DNA from: Candidatus Latescibacterota bacterium
GTDB lineage: Bacteria; Latescibacterota; UBA2968; GCA-2709665
Assembly: GCA_965205485.1 (NCBI GenBank)
Contig: OZ242180.1
Coordinates: forward strand, 409,292-473,291
Direction of reading: 5' to 3'
Length of the DNA stretch: 64,000 bases
The number at the start of each line of letters is the position of its first letter. Position 1 is the stretch's first letter. Shown here piece by piece: positions 54,899 through 64,000 of this stretch. The notes beneath the pieces are model-generated. The model was not told the DNA's origin. It did no database searches and saw only the letters and a list, made by a program, of their open reading frames with translations. The translations under genes were made by a program, and so were the position numbers.

Positions 54899-55942
54899 TC
54901 AGTCCACCAGGGGCAGATGCACCACGCCGCCCCGTTCCACGGATCGGAAAACCGCCTCGGTAAACGCCATGTACTTCAGGCCGGCTTCGAAGGTCGTATC
55001 ACCTGGAGGTCCGCCCTGGATCGCGCTCACGAAATCCTGCTCCACGGTCCACTCGCGCGCTTCGTCATCGGGAATTGGCATCACCGACAGCTCACTGTCT
55101 CCGGACCGCCCGCCCAGAATGGTGTCGCTCTCCAGCTTGTAGATCAGTGTCCCCTCGCTGCCGTAGAGCTCCACCTGCGGGTCTGTGCCAAAGCGCGCCA
55201 CGGAGGAGAACAGAAACGCGGCCTGCGCGCCGTTCTCCATCTGTCCCAAGATATGCACCGAATCGGGGCGTTCCACCGGTCCCGTTCCCTGGCCGTCGGC
55301 CAGCGGCCGCGTCCTGGTGAACGTCTCCGCGTGCGCCGATATCGTCTTCATCTGGCCGGCCCAACGTTGCACGATCTCCACCAGGATGCCCATGTTCAGC
55401 GCGTTCAGACCGGAAAACCGGTCGATCTGCCGCCAGTGCAGCGGCTGTTCCGGATCGCAGTTGTCGCCGCTGAACGACCGGGTATAGACATGGTAGATAT
55501 CTCCCAGGTATCCCTCCCGGATCAGCCGTTGGATGAACCAGTCGCCCTTCATCGCCATCGGCGACGGGCAGATCTGCGTGACGAGGCCCGTCTCCCGCGC
55601 CCTGGCGTACATGGCCTTTGCCTCGCCAAGGTTCATGGCCATCCTCGCCTGCACGAAGACGTGCTTTCCCGCGTCAAGGGACGCCAGCACGTATTCGCAG
55701 TGGCGGTACGGCCACGTACCGATCATCACCGCGTCCACGTCCTCGCTCCCGATCAACGCGTACGGATCCGACATCAGTCTCGGCGACAAGCCGAATTCGC
55801 GCGCGATCGCGCCCGCGCTTGCCTCGCTCCGGTTGCAGATGGCAACCACCTCCGCGTCCCCGATCTTCGCCAACCCGGGGAAATGACGGCTCCGGAAAAT
55901 GCCGCCGGCGCCGATAATTCCAATTCGAATCTTGTCCGACAT
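54899..55942 (-). CDS. Gfo/Idh/MocA-family oxidoreductase
   Basis: IRIGIIGAGGIFRSRH..., AVMIGTWPYRH.... Confidence 0.75.
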   Translation of the reverse strand: MSDKIRIGIIGAGGIFRSRHFPGLAKIGDAEVVAICNRSEASAGAIAREFGLSPRLMSDPYALIGSEDVDAVMIGTWPYRHCEYVLASLDAGKHVFVQARMAMNLGEAKAMYARARETGLVTQICPSPMAMKGDWFIQRLIREGYLGDIYHVYTRSFSGDNCDPEQPLHWRQIDRFSGLNALNMGILVEIVQRWAGQMKTISAHAETFTRTRPLADGQGTGPVERPDSVHILGQMENGAQAAFLFSSVARFGTDPQVELYGSEGTLIYKLESDTILGGRSGDSELSVMPIPDDEAREWTVEQDFVSAIQGGPPGDTTFEAGLKYMAFTEAVFRSVERGGVVHLPLVD

Positions 55943-55988
55943 TTTTCCTCCTTGGAAGCTGTTTCAAAACCCCCATCGTATCACGGGT

Positions 55989-57263
55989 CTACGCCCGGTA
56001 CAACCTGTCCAGCAACTCAACGGCCGCTTCCACGATCTTCTCGCCGGATCCCGGCGTGAAGAGGGCCGCTTCGGGTTCGTAACCGCCTTCTCTATAGGCC
56101 TGTTCGTCCGGCAGATATCCCACACTGTCGTTGGCCAGTTCCAGGACCATCGTCTGACCGAAAGGAGACCGACGCTTGATTTCCAGGCCGAGTCTTACCA
56201 ACAGTTCTCCCGGTACACCCACGAGGGCCAGGTTTCCGATTCGAAGCGCCTGCACCCATGTTCGCGACGAGTCCGGCACTTCCGCCATCCGACGCAGAAT
56301 CCGCCGGGCGAACGCCCGCTCCGCCATGGTCCCTCGACCCTCTTGGTCGATTTCCCTGGCCCGGGTGATATCGGCCGGCGAAGGGCCGGCCTTGCGCTGA
56401 AGCGCCACTTCCACCATTTCAGCGCCGAGAGGCAGGTCGCGGGCGAAATCCATCCCGTTCCATGCCCAGAAGGCCTGGGCAGCCACCAACGCGGCGACCC
56501 GTTCCGAATGCTGGTGCCGGTCGTTCGCGCTTCGGCTGCCTCCAATCACGTCGTGGTTGTTGATGTCGCCCGAAGCGCCGTTCGAAAGTGCCGCCGTAAA
56601 CCGTTGGCCTCGCATGCGCTGAATGAGACTCGAAAAATATCCGAAATAGTCTGCCGAGATCTCCCGCTCGTGGTCGCCGCCGCCCACGTAGTGCAACGCG
56701 TAGTTGCACAACAGTCCCACGGGTGCGCCATCCGTTTTCTGAATACAGAGCACACCCACGTCCGGGTCAACCGGGCCCGCGGCCCTCACCACGTCGGGAT
56801 TGCCGGTACCGGGGTTGGTCCGCACCGTGCCGTCTGCCATATGAAACCGCCGGTTGAACACCGGCCGGCCCTCTTCCGCGCGCCCCCAGCCTGCGCCCAC
56901 CGCATCGCGTCCGTCCCAGGCGATGCGCACGGAATCGGCAATCCGTTCCACCAAGAATGCCGTATATGCGTCATCTCCCGTCTGGGCGCCGGAGTGGGTG
57001 TGGGTACAGCAGATCATCACCCGTTCGGGAGCCAGACCGGTGGTCCCGGCAATTCGCGCCCTTGCCGCGTCCAGGTATGTCCGCGACACACCGACGAGAT
57101 CGCAGACGGCGATCGCGATGCCCGCACCGTCACGCTCCAGAACGAAACTGCGGACGTTCAGCGGATCGTGGATCCCCTCCGCCCTGCGTTCGTGAAACAG
57201 GCCCGGAATCAGCGTTCCCAGCGGCGGTGTGATATCCAGTGTGATCGCGCCCCCGTTCAGCAT
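55989..57263 (-). CDS. Neutral/alkaline ceramidase-like hydrolase, paralog of the 2041..3390 gene; cytoplasmic
   Basis: Shared blocks with the first copy: ITPPLG, CCTHTHSG, FNRRFHMADGTVRTNPG, NYALHYVGGG...ADYFGYF. Confidence 0.55.
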   Translation of the reverse strand: MLNGGAITLDITPPLGTLIPGLFHERRAEGIHDPLNVRSFVLERDGAGIAIAVCDLVGVSRTYLDAARARIAGTTGLAPERVMICCTHTHSGAQTGDDAYTAFLVERIADSVRIAWDGRDAVGAGWGRAEEGRPVFNRRFHMADGTVRTNPGTGNPDVVRAAGPVDPDVGVLCIQKTDGAPVGLLCNYALHYVGGGDHEREISADYFGYFSSLIQRMRGQRFTAALSNGASGDINNHDVIGGSRSANDRHQHSERVAALVAAQAFWAWNGMDFARDLPLGAEMVEVALQRKAGPSPADITRAREIDQEGRGTMAERAFARRILRRMAEVPDSSRTWVQALRIGNLALVGVPGELLVRLGLEIKRRSPFGQTMVLELANDSVGYLPDEQAYREGGYEPEAALFTPGSGEKIVEAAVELLDRLYRA

Positions 57264-57306
57264 GTCATCTCCTCAGGATCATGTACGACAATATCGGTAC
57301 GCCGGC

Positions 57307-59637
57307 TCAGCTCATCAGCCGCCGCAGCCAGGCTTTGCCGCGGCCTTCTCGCTGTTTGACAAGCATCACCGACGTCTTGGCGAAGCGTCCCACCCGGTCC
57401 GGCACCTCGCCGAACAGAAGTTGCTGGAACAGGCCGGTATTGGCCGCGCCCATCACGATCAGATCGAAATCCGCGCCTGCCCTGGCAATGCCCGCCGGAA
57501 CGGACCGGGAACGGATCGCACGGCTTTCCACGTCGCCCAGATTAGCGTTCGTCAGGGTCTGATCGATCCACCCCATGGCCTCCCTCTCCCGCTCGGCGGC
57601 CGCATCTTCGGGTATCACGGAGCAGGCTGTCACGCGGGAGCCGTAGGCCGCCACGATCGGCTCGAGCAACTCGACGGCGAACCGCGTATGGGGCCCGCCG
57701 GCCGTTGGCAGCAGAATGCGATCGAACCTGGCCTGGTCCTGCAACTTGACAACCACCACGTCCGCGGTTGCCCGGTTCACCACCCTGTCCAGCACTTCGC
57801 CGAAAATCCGCTCACGCGTGGTGGTAAATCCCTTCCATCCGATAACCAGCAGGTCCGCGTGCTCGTCCGACACCGCCGACAGAATGCCTTCGTCCACGCG
57901 ATGCGCCACGCGAATGTCCGAAACCATGCGGAGGCTCTGCTTCTGCGCGTAGGCCTGCGCTGTTCTCAGCAGCGGCATCCGGTGGTTGATGTACTTCATC
58001 CCTTCCTGGATCGGCAGCTGAATCGGGACCTCCACGGTGGTATTGACGATCAGGTCGCCGTTCCTCGCTTTCACGATGGGTATGGAGATATCCAGCAGCG
58101 ATTCGATCGTACCCGGATTGGCCACGGGTACCAGGACCCTGTAGGGCGCGCGGGCGGTCTCGAGGGGCAGCGCGTCCAGCACGTGGGGCTCGGCCTCGCC
58201 CGATTCCTTCCGGAAATGGATGGTGTACGCGAAAAACCCCGCCACGATCCATACCAGCGCGACGTACCACGCCATTGGATCAAAACGAAACTGGTAGACA
58301 GCCAGCAGCATATTCGACGCCGCGCCAAGCAGCGGCAGCCAGGGGAATAGCGGCACTTTGTACCTGCGCTCGATTTCCGGCATCCGGCGCCGCAGGACGA
58401 GCAGCGACAGGTTCACGAGCGTAAACGTAAGCAGGAACATCAGGCTGGCCGCCGACCCGACCACGTGGATGGGCAAGAGCAGCGCGATGCCCGTCAGAAT
58501 CGCGCCGGTGACCAGAATCGCGACGTGCGGGGTCCGCCTGTCGGAATGAATCGCGGCCATACCCACCGGCAGCCACCGGTCCCTGCCCATGGAGAAGGCC
58601 ACGCGGCTGGAGGCCAGCACGGTCGCGTTCAGCGCGGACATGGTGGAGAGCAACCCGCCGAAAACGATGGTTGCCACGCCGAACGCCGGCATGAAGCTGT
58701 CTGCTGCCTTCACAATCGCCGTTTCCTGGTACCGGCCCAGAAATTCCCACGACGTGGTGCCTTCCGGTTGGACCGCGGCCAACGACACAAAGACGATCAG
58801 CAGATAAACGACCACGGTTACGCCAAGGGAAATGAACGTGGCCTTGGGAATATTGATCTCGGGCTGTTTGATTTCTTCCGCGACCGTCGCGATAAGATCG
58901 TACCCTTCAAAAGCGATAAACGTCAGTCCCATGGCCACCAGCACGCCCCCCAGTCCCTTCGGGAAGAACGGAGAGAAGCTCTTCGCCGCCTGTACGGGCG
59001 TCGCGAAGATATGCGCCAGCCCGAACCAGACGAAAACCAGCAGCACGAGAATCTTGGACATGGTGATCACGTTCTCCGCCTTGCCCGTGACCTCCGTGCC
59101 GCGCACGTTCAGCCAGACAAAGACGCAGCTTACGATCACCGTTACGAACGCAACAGACGGCTGAACCCCCGTCGTCGCCTGGATCGTATAGCTGACGTCC
59201 GGCAGGTACTTGTGGAAAAACTCCCAGAAGTAGCCTGCAAAGCCCAGCGCATAAAGGCTGCACGCCACCGTGTAGGCGAACCAGAGCATCCATCCGGACA
59301 GAAACCCCACCGGACCGGGAAACGCCTTCTTGACGAACGAATATCCACCGCCGGCCTCGGGAATCGCAGAGGCGAGCTCGGCGTAGCAGAACGCCGTCAT
59401 CAGCGTCACGAGGCCGTTCAGCGCAAATGCCAGAATTGACGCCGGCCCCGCCTCACCGGCGGCAATCCCGGTCAGAACGAAGATCCCCGCGCCGATCATC
59501 GCGCCGATGCCGATCATCGATGCGTCGAAGCAACCCAGACTCCTGGCAAAGGTGACCCTGTTGGATTCCGGCGGAAGGGAGGATACTGCCACTGAGACCT
59601 CGGTCTGAAAAGCAAAAAGGCCAGGGACGCGAGACAC
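57307..59637 (-). CDS. APC-superfamily amino-acid/polyamine permease fused to two C-terminal universal stress protein (UspA) domains
   Basis: ~12 TM helices (MIGIGAMIGAGIFVLTG, GGYSF...), then two Usp-like alpha/beta units (RVLVPVANP...; RILLPTAGGPH...VVMGA). Confidence 0.75.
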   Translation of the reverse strand: MSRVPGLFAFQTEVSVAVSSLPPESNRVTFARSLGCFDASMIGIGAMIGAGIFVLTGIAAGEAGPASILAFALNGLVTLMTAFCYAELASAIPEAGGGYSFVKKAFPGPVGFLSGWMLWFAYTVACSLYALGFAGYFWEFFHKYLPDVSYTIQATTGVQPSVAFVTVIVSCVFVWLNVRGTEVTGKAENVITMSKILVLLVFVWFGLAHIFATPVQAAKSFSPFFPKGLGGVLVAMGLTFIAFEGYDLIATVAEEIKQPEINIPKATFISLGVTVVVYLLIVFVSLAAVQPEGTTSWEFLGRYQETAIVKAADSFMPAFGVATIVFGGLLSTMSALNATVLASSRVAFSMGRDRWLPVGMAAIHSDRRTPHVAILVTGAILTGIALLLPIHVVGSAASLMFLLTFTLVNLSLLVLRRRMPEIERRYKVPLFPWLPLLGAASNMLLAVYQFRFDPMAWYVALVWIVAGFFAYTIHFRKESGEAEPHVLDALPLETARAPYRVLVPVANPGTIESLLDISIPIVKARNGDLIVNTTVEVPIQLPIQEGMKYINHRMPLLRTAQAYAQKQSLRMVSDIRVAHRVDEGILSAVSDEHADLLVIGWKGFTTTRERIFGEVLDRVVNRATADVVVVKLQDQARFDRILLPTAGGPHTRFAVELLEPIVAAYGSRVTACSVIPEDAAAEREREAMGWIDQTLTNANLGDVESRAIRSRSVPAGIARAGADFDLIVMGAANTGLFQQLLFGEVPDRVGRFAKTSVMLVKQREGRGKAWLRRLMS

Positions 59638-59667
59638 GCACCCCTGGCGTTGTCGGCCCGCGACGAC

Positions 59668-60675
59668 TTAAGACGCGGGATTGGAGATATCTTCGTAGCC
59701 CGTCAGACGATAGTCGAACTCCAGGTAATCCAGAAGGCGGCAGAGACTTCGAAATGCCACGCCGAACCCGTCCACGCCGCTGACGCCGCCGAACTGGCCG
59801 CCGCCCTTCACGTGCGGCTCCAGGTCCACGAATACGCCCGGCACACCCAGCGGAGACAGGCGCTCGTGAATCTCAGGCACCAGCGTCCGGAAATCCCGCA
59901 GCACCTGCTCGTGGCCCGAATCGCCCCGGTCCACCGGGATGAACCGGGTCAATCCCCGCTCCCCGGCCGCATCCAGCATACCCTGGTTCGACGGATTGTT
60001 GAAACCCTTGATGTGTATCCACCCCACGCCGGGCTTCATTTTGACGTAGTGCTCGTATGCGCTGTCCGGACTGTGACCGCTGGATTCCATGTTTCCCACG
60101 TCCGGAATGATGCAGACATAGGGACTGTTGACTTTTTCATACAATGCGATCAACGTGTCCCCGTCTCCGCCAATCAGGTCGGCCTCCACCTCCATACCGT
60201 AAACCACGCCTGCAGAAGCGCATTTCTCGACAATCTGTCCGAGTTGATCCGCGGCCTGGTCCAGGTACGGCCATGGATCCTGCCCGTGTGGATGGTAATA
60301 GCTGAACCCCCGCAGCAGTTTGGTATCGAAGGCGTGGGCCAGGTCGATAGCCCGCTGAACGTCGTTTTTCAGATAGGATTCAAACGGGACGTACCGGTTC
60401 TGTGTGCCGTCGTCCTCGTCGACGAGCTTGACCTTACCGAGTGGAGATCCCACGCTCGACACGCCGACCTGAAACGCGCCGTGCAGGTCCTGAAGCCGTT
60501 GTACTTCTTCGTCTGAAAGCTCCATGACGTTCTTCACGCCGTTGCCGAGATCGATGAACCGGATCGTGTAATAGGATAGGCCGAGCGCGGACATCATTGT
60601 CAGTTGCTCTTCGGCCCGTTTGCTCACCGGACCCTCATCCGCAAATCCGGAAAGAATCACTTCGGATGTTGCCAT
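59668..60675 (-). CDS. Sugar-phosphate isomerase/epimerase (xylose-isomerase-like TIM barrel)
   Basis: Metal-binding E/D/H/E positions in a TIM-barrel pattern (...GMEVE..., ...IPDVGN..., ...IHIKG...). 335 aa. Confidence 0.6.
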   Translation of the reverse strand: MATSEVILSGFADEGPVSKRAEEQLTMMSALGLSYYTIRFIDLGNGVKNVMELSDEEVQRLQDLHGAFQVGVSSVGSPLGKVKLVDEDDGTQNRYVPFESYLKNDVQRAIDLAHAFDTKLLRGFSYYHPHGQDPWPYLDQAADQLGQIVEKCASAGVVYGMEVEADLIGGDGDTLIALYEKVNSPYVCIIPDVGNMESSGHSPDSAYEHYVKMKPGVGWIHIKGFNNPSNQGMLDAAGERGLTRFIPVDRGDSGHEQVLRDFRTLVPEIHERLSPLGVPGVFVDLEPHVKGGGQFGGVSGVDGFGVAFRSLCRLLDYLEFDYRLTGYEDISNPAS

Positions 60676-60740
60676 ATTCAGACACCTCGACGTTAGTGAA
60701 TAATGGATGATTTACGTTCTGCGTTTCGTGACCCGATCTC

Positions 60741-61457
60741 TCACGTAGTCAGTTCCGGCGTAAGATGAGCCACGCGAGCCAGATATCGCATCTGCACCCG
60801 GCCCTCACCATCGAAATCCAGGCGGCTGACGGCCGTGTTGGGGCTTTGGAAATAGACTCCGTCCGGCATACCCGCAAACACGGCGTGGAGCAGGTCGTTG
60901 GCGAATCCGCCGTGGCAAACCAGCGCTATCCGTTCCTCGGTACCGGCAAATTGATTGTGGATTACGGATGCCACCGTCCGCGCCCGCGCCCGCCACTCCT
61001 CCTTTATCTCGGGCGGCCGGTTCCACCAGCCCTCGTCCGTGACCGCTTCGGGTACCGTGAATTCCGGGAACCGCCCCTCAATCTCGCTGCGCGTGAGACC
61101 GGGATACCCCACCTCTCCCCTGCCGTCCCCCTCATCCAGCCAGATTCCGCCCTCTTCGTGAATATCGATCCAGATTTCGGGCCGGACCCCCAGCGCCTTT
61201 CCTACCGGCGCCGTCGTCTGAATTGCGCGCAGCATCGGGCTCGAAAATATCCGGTCGAAGACAAAACCGCCGCAATTCTGCTGCATCCCGGCGGCGTGGA
61301 TTTCCTCAACCCCTTCTCCGGCCGAGGCCAGGTAGTGGGCCAGCCGTTCGGCCTGAGCTTCGCCGATTTCCGTGAGCGGCGGGTCGCAGACACGCTGACC
61401 GACGTCCGCCGTCGCGTTATTCGCAGACTGCCCGTGCCGGATAATATAGAGCTCCAT
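60741..61457 (-). CDS. Histidine-phosphatase (phosphoglycerate-mutase-like) family protein
   Basis: YIIRHGQS (catalytic RHG) and a later ...CHGG... Start taken at the Met preceding RHG. Confidence 0.7.
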   Translation of the reverse strand: MELYIIRHGQSANNATADVGQRVCDPPLTEIGEAQAERLAHYLASAGEGVEEIHAAGMQQNCGGFVFDRIFSSPMLRAIQTTAPVGKALGVRPEIWIDIHEEGGIWLDEGDGRGEVGYPGLTRSEIEGRFPEFTVPEAVTDEGWWNRPPEIKEEWRARARTVASVIHNQFAGTEERIALVCHGGFANDLLHAVFAGMPDGVYFQSPNTAVSRLDFDGEGRVQMRYLARVAHLTPELTT

Positions 61458-61702
61458 CCATTCCTCTCCGGGCGAAAAAAAGCCCGGCAACGTTGCCGGA
61501 GTGTAAGTTCCTGTCACCGGGAAGGGGTCGGAACATACCACATTCATGGAGGGCGATCAAGGCATTTCTGGCCTAACAGCCCGTTGAAAAAGTCCATCCG
61601 GGCTGCGGCCGGCCTTTGCGGTCGAAATACTGCGTTGCGCTCCCTCACCGAATCGACGGATGGGACTCGGTCGCGCGCCTTGTCTTCAACCACAATGGCA
61701 AG

Positions 61703-61863
61703 TGTTCTGTCCCGGAAATAGATTGCCGAAATTCGACCGCCGAGTCGGCCGGCTGGCAAGGCGCCTGAGCAAGGAGACCTGTCCGTGGTCGCCGAGCGAA
61801 GGCAACGCCGCCAGACGGGATGAATCGGCGGATGAATGGTGACATTTTTCCGGGACGGGACAC
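61703..61863. mobile_element. MITE-like element, family 2, copy 3, 161 bp
   Basis: GTGTTCTGTCCCGGAAATAGATTGCCGAAATTCGACCGCCGAGTCGGCCGGCTGGCAAGGCG...GGGATGAATCGGCGG...TTTTTCCGGGACGGGACAC. Confidence 0.75.
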
Positions 61864-61900
61864 CATGCCTCGCCTGCAGAGCGACTTTCTCAACGGACTG

Positions 61901-62296
61901 CTAACCGGATACGGGATCGAACGTCGCCACGTTCCTGAGTCCTGCGACACTCTCCCGGGCCTCGAATTCCACGGTCAACGTCACGCGCCTGACGTCGCCC
62001 GGCTCCATATTTCCCTCCAGCCGTCTCGACGTCTGCCCCACGGTATCGTTCTGATCGTCCACCAGCCGCCACGTCAGCACAAACGGCTCTTCGATCGGCA
62101 CGTCCCCAACGTGCACCACGTCCGCGTCGATCCGCACCGCGACGATCTGGGGCGGATCGCCCTGATTGAGCACCGGGTGCGCGGACAGGTTCGTTATCGA
62201 CAGCATATTCGACAGTTCTTCCGCCTGCAGACCTTTCGGATTCCTCCCGCACCCCGCCACTACGACCAGGACAACAAGGCATATCGCCATTCGCAT
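61901..62296 (-). CDS. Putative lipoprotein (~131 aa)
   Basis: MRMAICLVVLVVVAGCGRN is a lipobox (VVAGC). Follows uppP with a 9-nt gap. Confidence 0.45.
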   Translation of the reverse strand: MRMAICLVVLVVVAGCGRNPKGLQAEELSNMLSITNLSAHPVLNQGDPPQIVAVRIDADVVHVGDVPIEEPFVLTWRLVDDQNDTVGQTSRRLEGNMEPGDVRRVTLTVEFEARESVAGLRNVATFDPVSG

Positions 62297-62307
62297 ACAG
62301 AGCCCCT

Positions 62308-63093
62308 TCACGAATCCAGCCAGAAGATCGTCAACGCCGTGAATCCGATCGCCCAGCAATAGTACGAGAACCGGTCCAACCGGCCGCCCTGCAACAGGGC
62401 GAACAGCCACCGGATTGCCACCACGCCGGAGAGGAATGCGACACCAAGACCGATCAAGAGTGGACCTGCGACGTTCCAGTCAGGCGGATCGGCGATGAGG
62501 CTTCCCGCCTTCACTACGGTCGCACCGAGGATCACGGGAATCGACAACAAAAAAGAAAAAGACGCCGCTTCCCGGCCGTCGATACCTCGCCATAACCCTG
62601 CCGAGATTGTCAGGCCGGAGCGCGAAATCCCGGGCAGTATTGCAAACGCCTGTGCGAACCCGATAAGCAGCGCATCGCCAACCCCGATCTCTTCCCGGCT
62701 GCGCGTAACGTAACGGGTGCTCCAGAGTACGGCTCCCGTTGCCACCAGGCATCCGGCCGCCGCCGCGGGATTTTGGAACGCAAACGTCAGATAGTCCTCT
62801 AAAAAAAACCCGACGGCGCCGGCCGGTATGGTGCCGACAGACAGCAGCAGCACCATGCGCCAGGACGCAGGGTCCCGCCGGACGCAGCCGGCTGCCAGTG
62901 CCCTTATCCGGTCCCCAAGTACCGTGAGCACTGCGAGCAACGTGCCGAAGTGGACGATCACCTCGAAAACCAGGTCTCCGGGCTGCATCCCCAGCAGCGC
63001 CTGTCCCAGCACGAGATGCCCGGAACTGCTCACCGGCAGGAATTCGGACAGTCCCTGCACAATTCCCAGAAGTAACGCTTCGTGGAACGTCAC
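62308..63093 (-). CDS. uppP: Undecaprenyl-diphosphatase (BacA/UppP)
   Basis: Signature ...GLSEFLPVSSSGHL... and ...PGISRSG.TI..., with eight TM segments. Confidence 0.9.
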   Translation of the reverse strand: MTFHEALLLGIVQGLSEFLPVSSSGHLVLGQALLGMQPGDLVFEVIVHFGTLLAVLTVLGDRIRALAAGCVRRDPASWRMVLLLSVGTIPAGAVGFFLEDYLTFAFQNPAAAAGCLVATGAVLWSTRYVTRSREEIGVGDALLIGFAQAFAILPGISRSGLTISAGLWRGIDGREAASFSFLLSIPVILGATVVKAGSLIADPPDWNVAGPLLIGLGVAFLSGVVAIRWLFALLQGGRLDRFSYYCWAIGFTALTIFWLDS

Positions 63094-63271
63094 CTCAGAC
63101 GCTCCCCCATCGCGACTATGGACGACGTTGCGGCGAATAAGTCGTTATAAAAATAACCCTTAACGGTCCTCCCGGCAAACAGAAACCTCCACGGTAGGGG
63201 ATGTTTGGGATCTCGAGGGAGCATTGAGTAACACATAGCCGGTTGGATGTCCTGCGAGATTTGAAAACCGA

Positions 63272-63300
63272 TTGACAGGATCAGCGAACTTTCATTTAAT
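63272..63300 (+). promoter_or_regulatory. Possible sigma70-like promoter (TTGACA - 17 nt - TTTAAT) with a ~280-nt leader before the 63583 CDS
   Basis: TTGACAggatcagcgaactttcaTTTAAT. Confidence 0.35.
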
Positions 63301-63582
63301 GTCCATACGTTTAATGTATCCCGAAAACGCACATCCTGGATTCCCGGCGCGCACTGTCGCGCCAGTGATCTGCGAGATAAGATTTGGAAATGCAGCAAAC
63401 TGTCCGTGCCGCCGTATAGTCGAACAAACACCTTGCAATCAGCGGGGTAGTCTACGTCTGGGAGACTTGCCTGTGTGGCCCGATACGCATATCGAACACT
63501 CCGTAAGCGCGAGGTAGCGCCGAAATCAACGATATTGCGGGGTTGGTCTGTCTCTTTCAATCCATTTCGAGTGAATCTCTCA

Positions 63583-64000
63583 ATGCTTCGAATCGTCATA
63601 TCCTCCGCTCTCGTTCTCGCGCTGATGTGGCCGCCGTGTCCGGCCCGGGCTCAGATCGACAAACGCGACATTCATATAGGCCTGCTGCTGGATTTCGCGG
63701 CTCCCGCAATCGATACCGGAAACAGACTCGTTGCCTTGAAGGAGGAAATACACAAGGTACTTGGAACCGAAAAGTCAGTCCACCTCCTCACCGAGCACAT
63801 CCACTTTTCCGCTGCGCTCGCAGACTATCTTTCGTTGACCAACGACCCCGCGGTCGATCTGATCATCGCCGTCGGGCCCGCCAGCGCCGGGATTCTGATC
63901 GCCCATGGAGACTTTCCGAAACCGACGATCGCCGTTGGAATACTGGACGCCGAACTACAACAGATTTCCCTCGCCGAAACCGGCGCTTCCGGCGTCGCCA
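63583..64000 (+). CDS. Secreted protein, 3'-partial (runs off the window). Possibly an ABC-transporter substrate-binding-like protein.
   Basis: ATG at 63583, then MLRIVISSALVLALMWPPCPARAQ signal peptide. Open to the window end. Not in the supplied ORF track because there is no stop inside the window. Confidence 0.45.
   Translation, partial: MLRIVISSALVLALMWPPCPARAQIDKRDIHIGLLLDFAAPAIDTGNRLVALKEEIHKVLGTEKSVHLLTEHIHFSAALADYLSLTNDPAVDLIIAVGPASAGILIAHGDFPKPTIAVGILDAELQQISLAETGASGVA

Noticed and set aside
55947-55967. GGAAGCTGTTTCAAAACCCCC resembling a solo TIR of MITE family 1 on the RBS of a Gfo/Idh/MocA gene
   Set aside because: Only a ~14/20 match, with no partner TIR nearby. It could be chance similarity, so it is mentioned under the MITE finding but not annotated as a feature.
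63090-63599. 169-aa minus-strand ORF upstream of uppP
   Set aside because: It covers a lower-GC region with promoter-like hexamers and hairpins. It has no motifs and an atypical composition. The region is more likely the leader and promoter of the plus-strand secreted-protein gene starting at 63583.
1-64000. Search for tRNA, rRNA, CRISPR arrays and riboswitches
   Set aside because: No GTTCGAATC-type T-loop contexts, no rRNA-like conserved blocks and no regularly spaced direct repeats were seen. The long leader before 63583 and the lepA leader have hairpins but no motif I could match to a known riboswitch class by eye.

Overview
This is a 64-kb, high-GC (~64-65%) bacterial chromosomal segment, most likely from an uncultured lineage. 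A giant cargo protein with a T9SS C-terminal sorting domain, together with NHL/ASPIC-type cell-surface proteins, suggests the Fibrobacteres-Chlorobi-Bacteroidetes superphylum or a relative such as a Gemmatimonadota-like group; this is inference only.

The window is gene-dense (~45 CDS, no rRNA, tRNA or CRISPR found) and contains:
- Two paralogous catabolic cassettes, one at each end of the window: a cytoplasmic neutral-ceramidase-like hydrolase plus Gfo/Idh/MocA oxidoreductases, with enolase-superfamily enzymes in the left-hand copy.
- A conserved housekeeping run, lepA-lepB-hemW-thrB, followed by a Wza/Wzz-like polysaccharide export pair and a 'core' (C-terminal-domain-only) MetE.
- Three giant secreted proteins (1572, 1310 and 1616 aa) carrying dockerin-like modules; two also carry cohesin-like modules. 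One ends in a T9SS sorting domain, and one contains a PPDK_N/PEP-utilizer-like ATP-grasp domain.
- A recD2-nagA pair, and a promoter-driven IMPase-like / hexapeptide-repeat / GHMP-kinase cluster.
- A nine-gene minus-strand operon (43.0-51.9 kb) that looks like a fully split cobalamin-dependent methionine-synthase/corrinoid methyltransferase system. It encodes a UroD-family MT, a B12-binding corrinoid protein, a RACo-type reductive activator, a fused MetF-MetV MTHFR, a stand-alone pterin-binding MT and a stand-alone homocysteine-binding MT, and sits next to a divergent GntR regulator.
- An APC-permease-Usp fusion, a sugar-phosphate isomerase, a histidine phosphatase and uppP.

Several short repeat families are visible directly in the sequence:
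- Two MITE-like families with terminal inverted repeats (TIRs): two copies of ~163-212 bp and three copies of ~162 bp. Three of these insertions supply the C-terminal codons or stop codon of adjacent genes.
- A 32-bp hairpin repeat present three times.
- A 23-bp repeat present twice.
- An inverted-repeat element flanked by 21-bp direct repeats.

The best candidates for a previously undescribed system are (i) the split corrinoid methyltransferase/methionine-synthase operon together with the core MetE, and (ii) the cohesin/dockerin-bearing giant surface proteins. All domain assignments come from reading motifs by eye; no HMM or database searches were possible.
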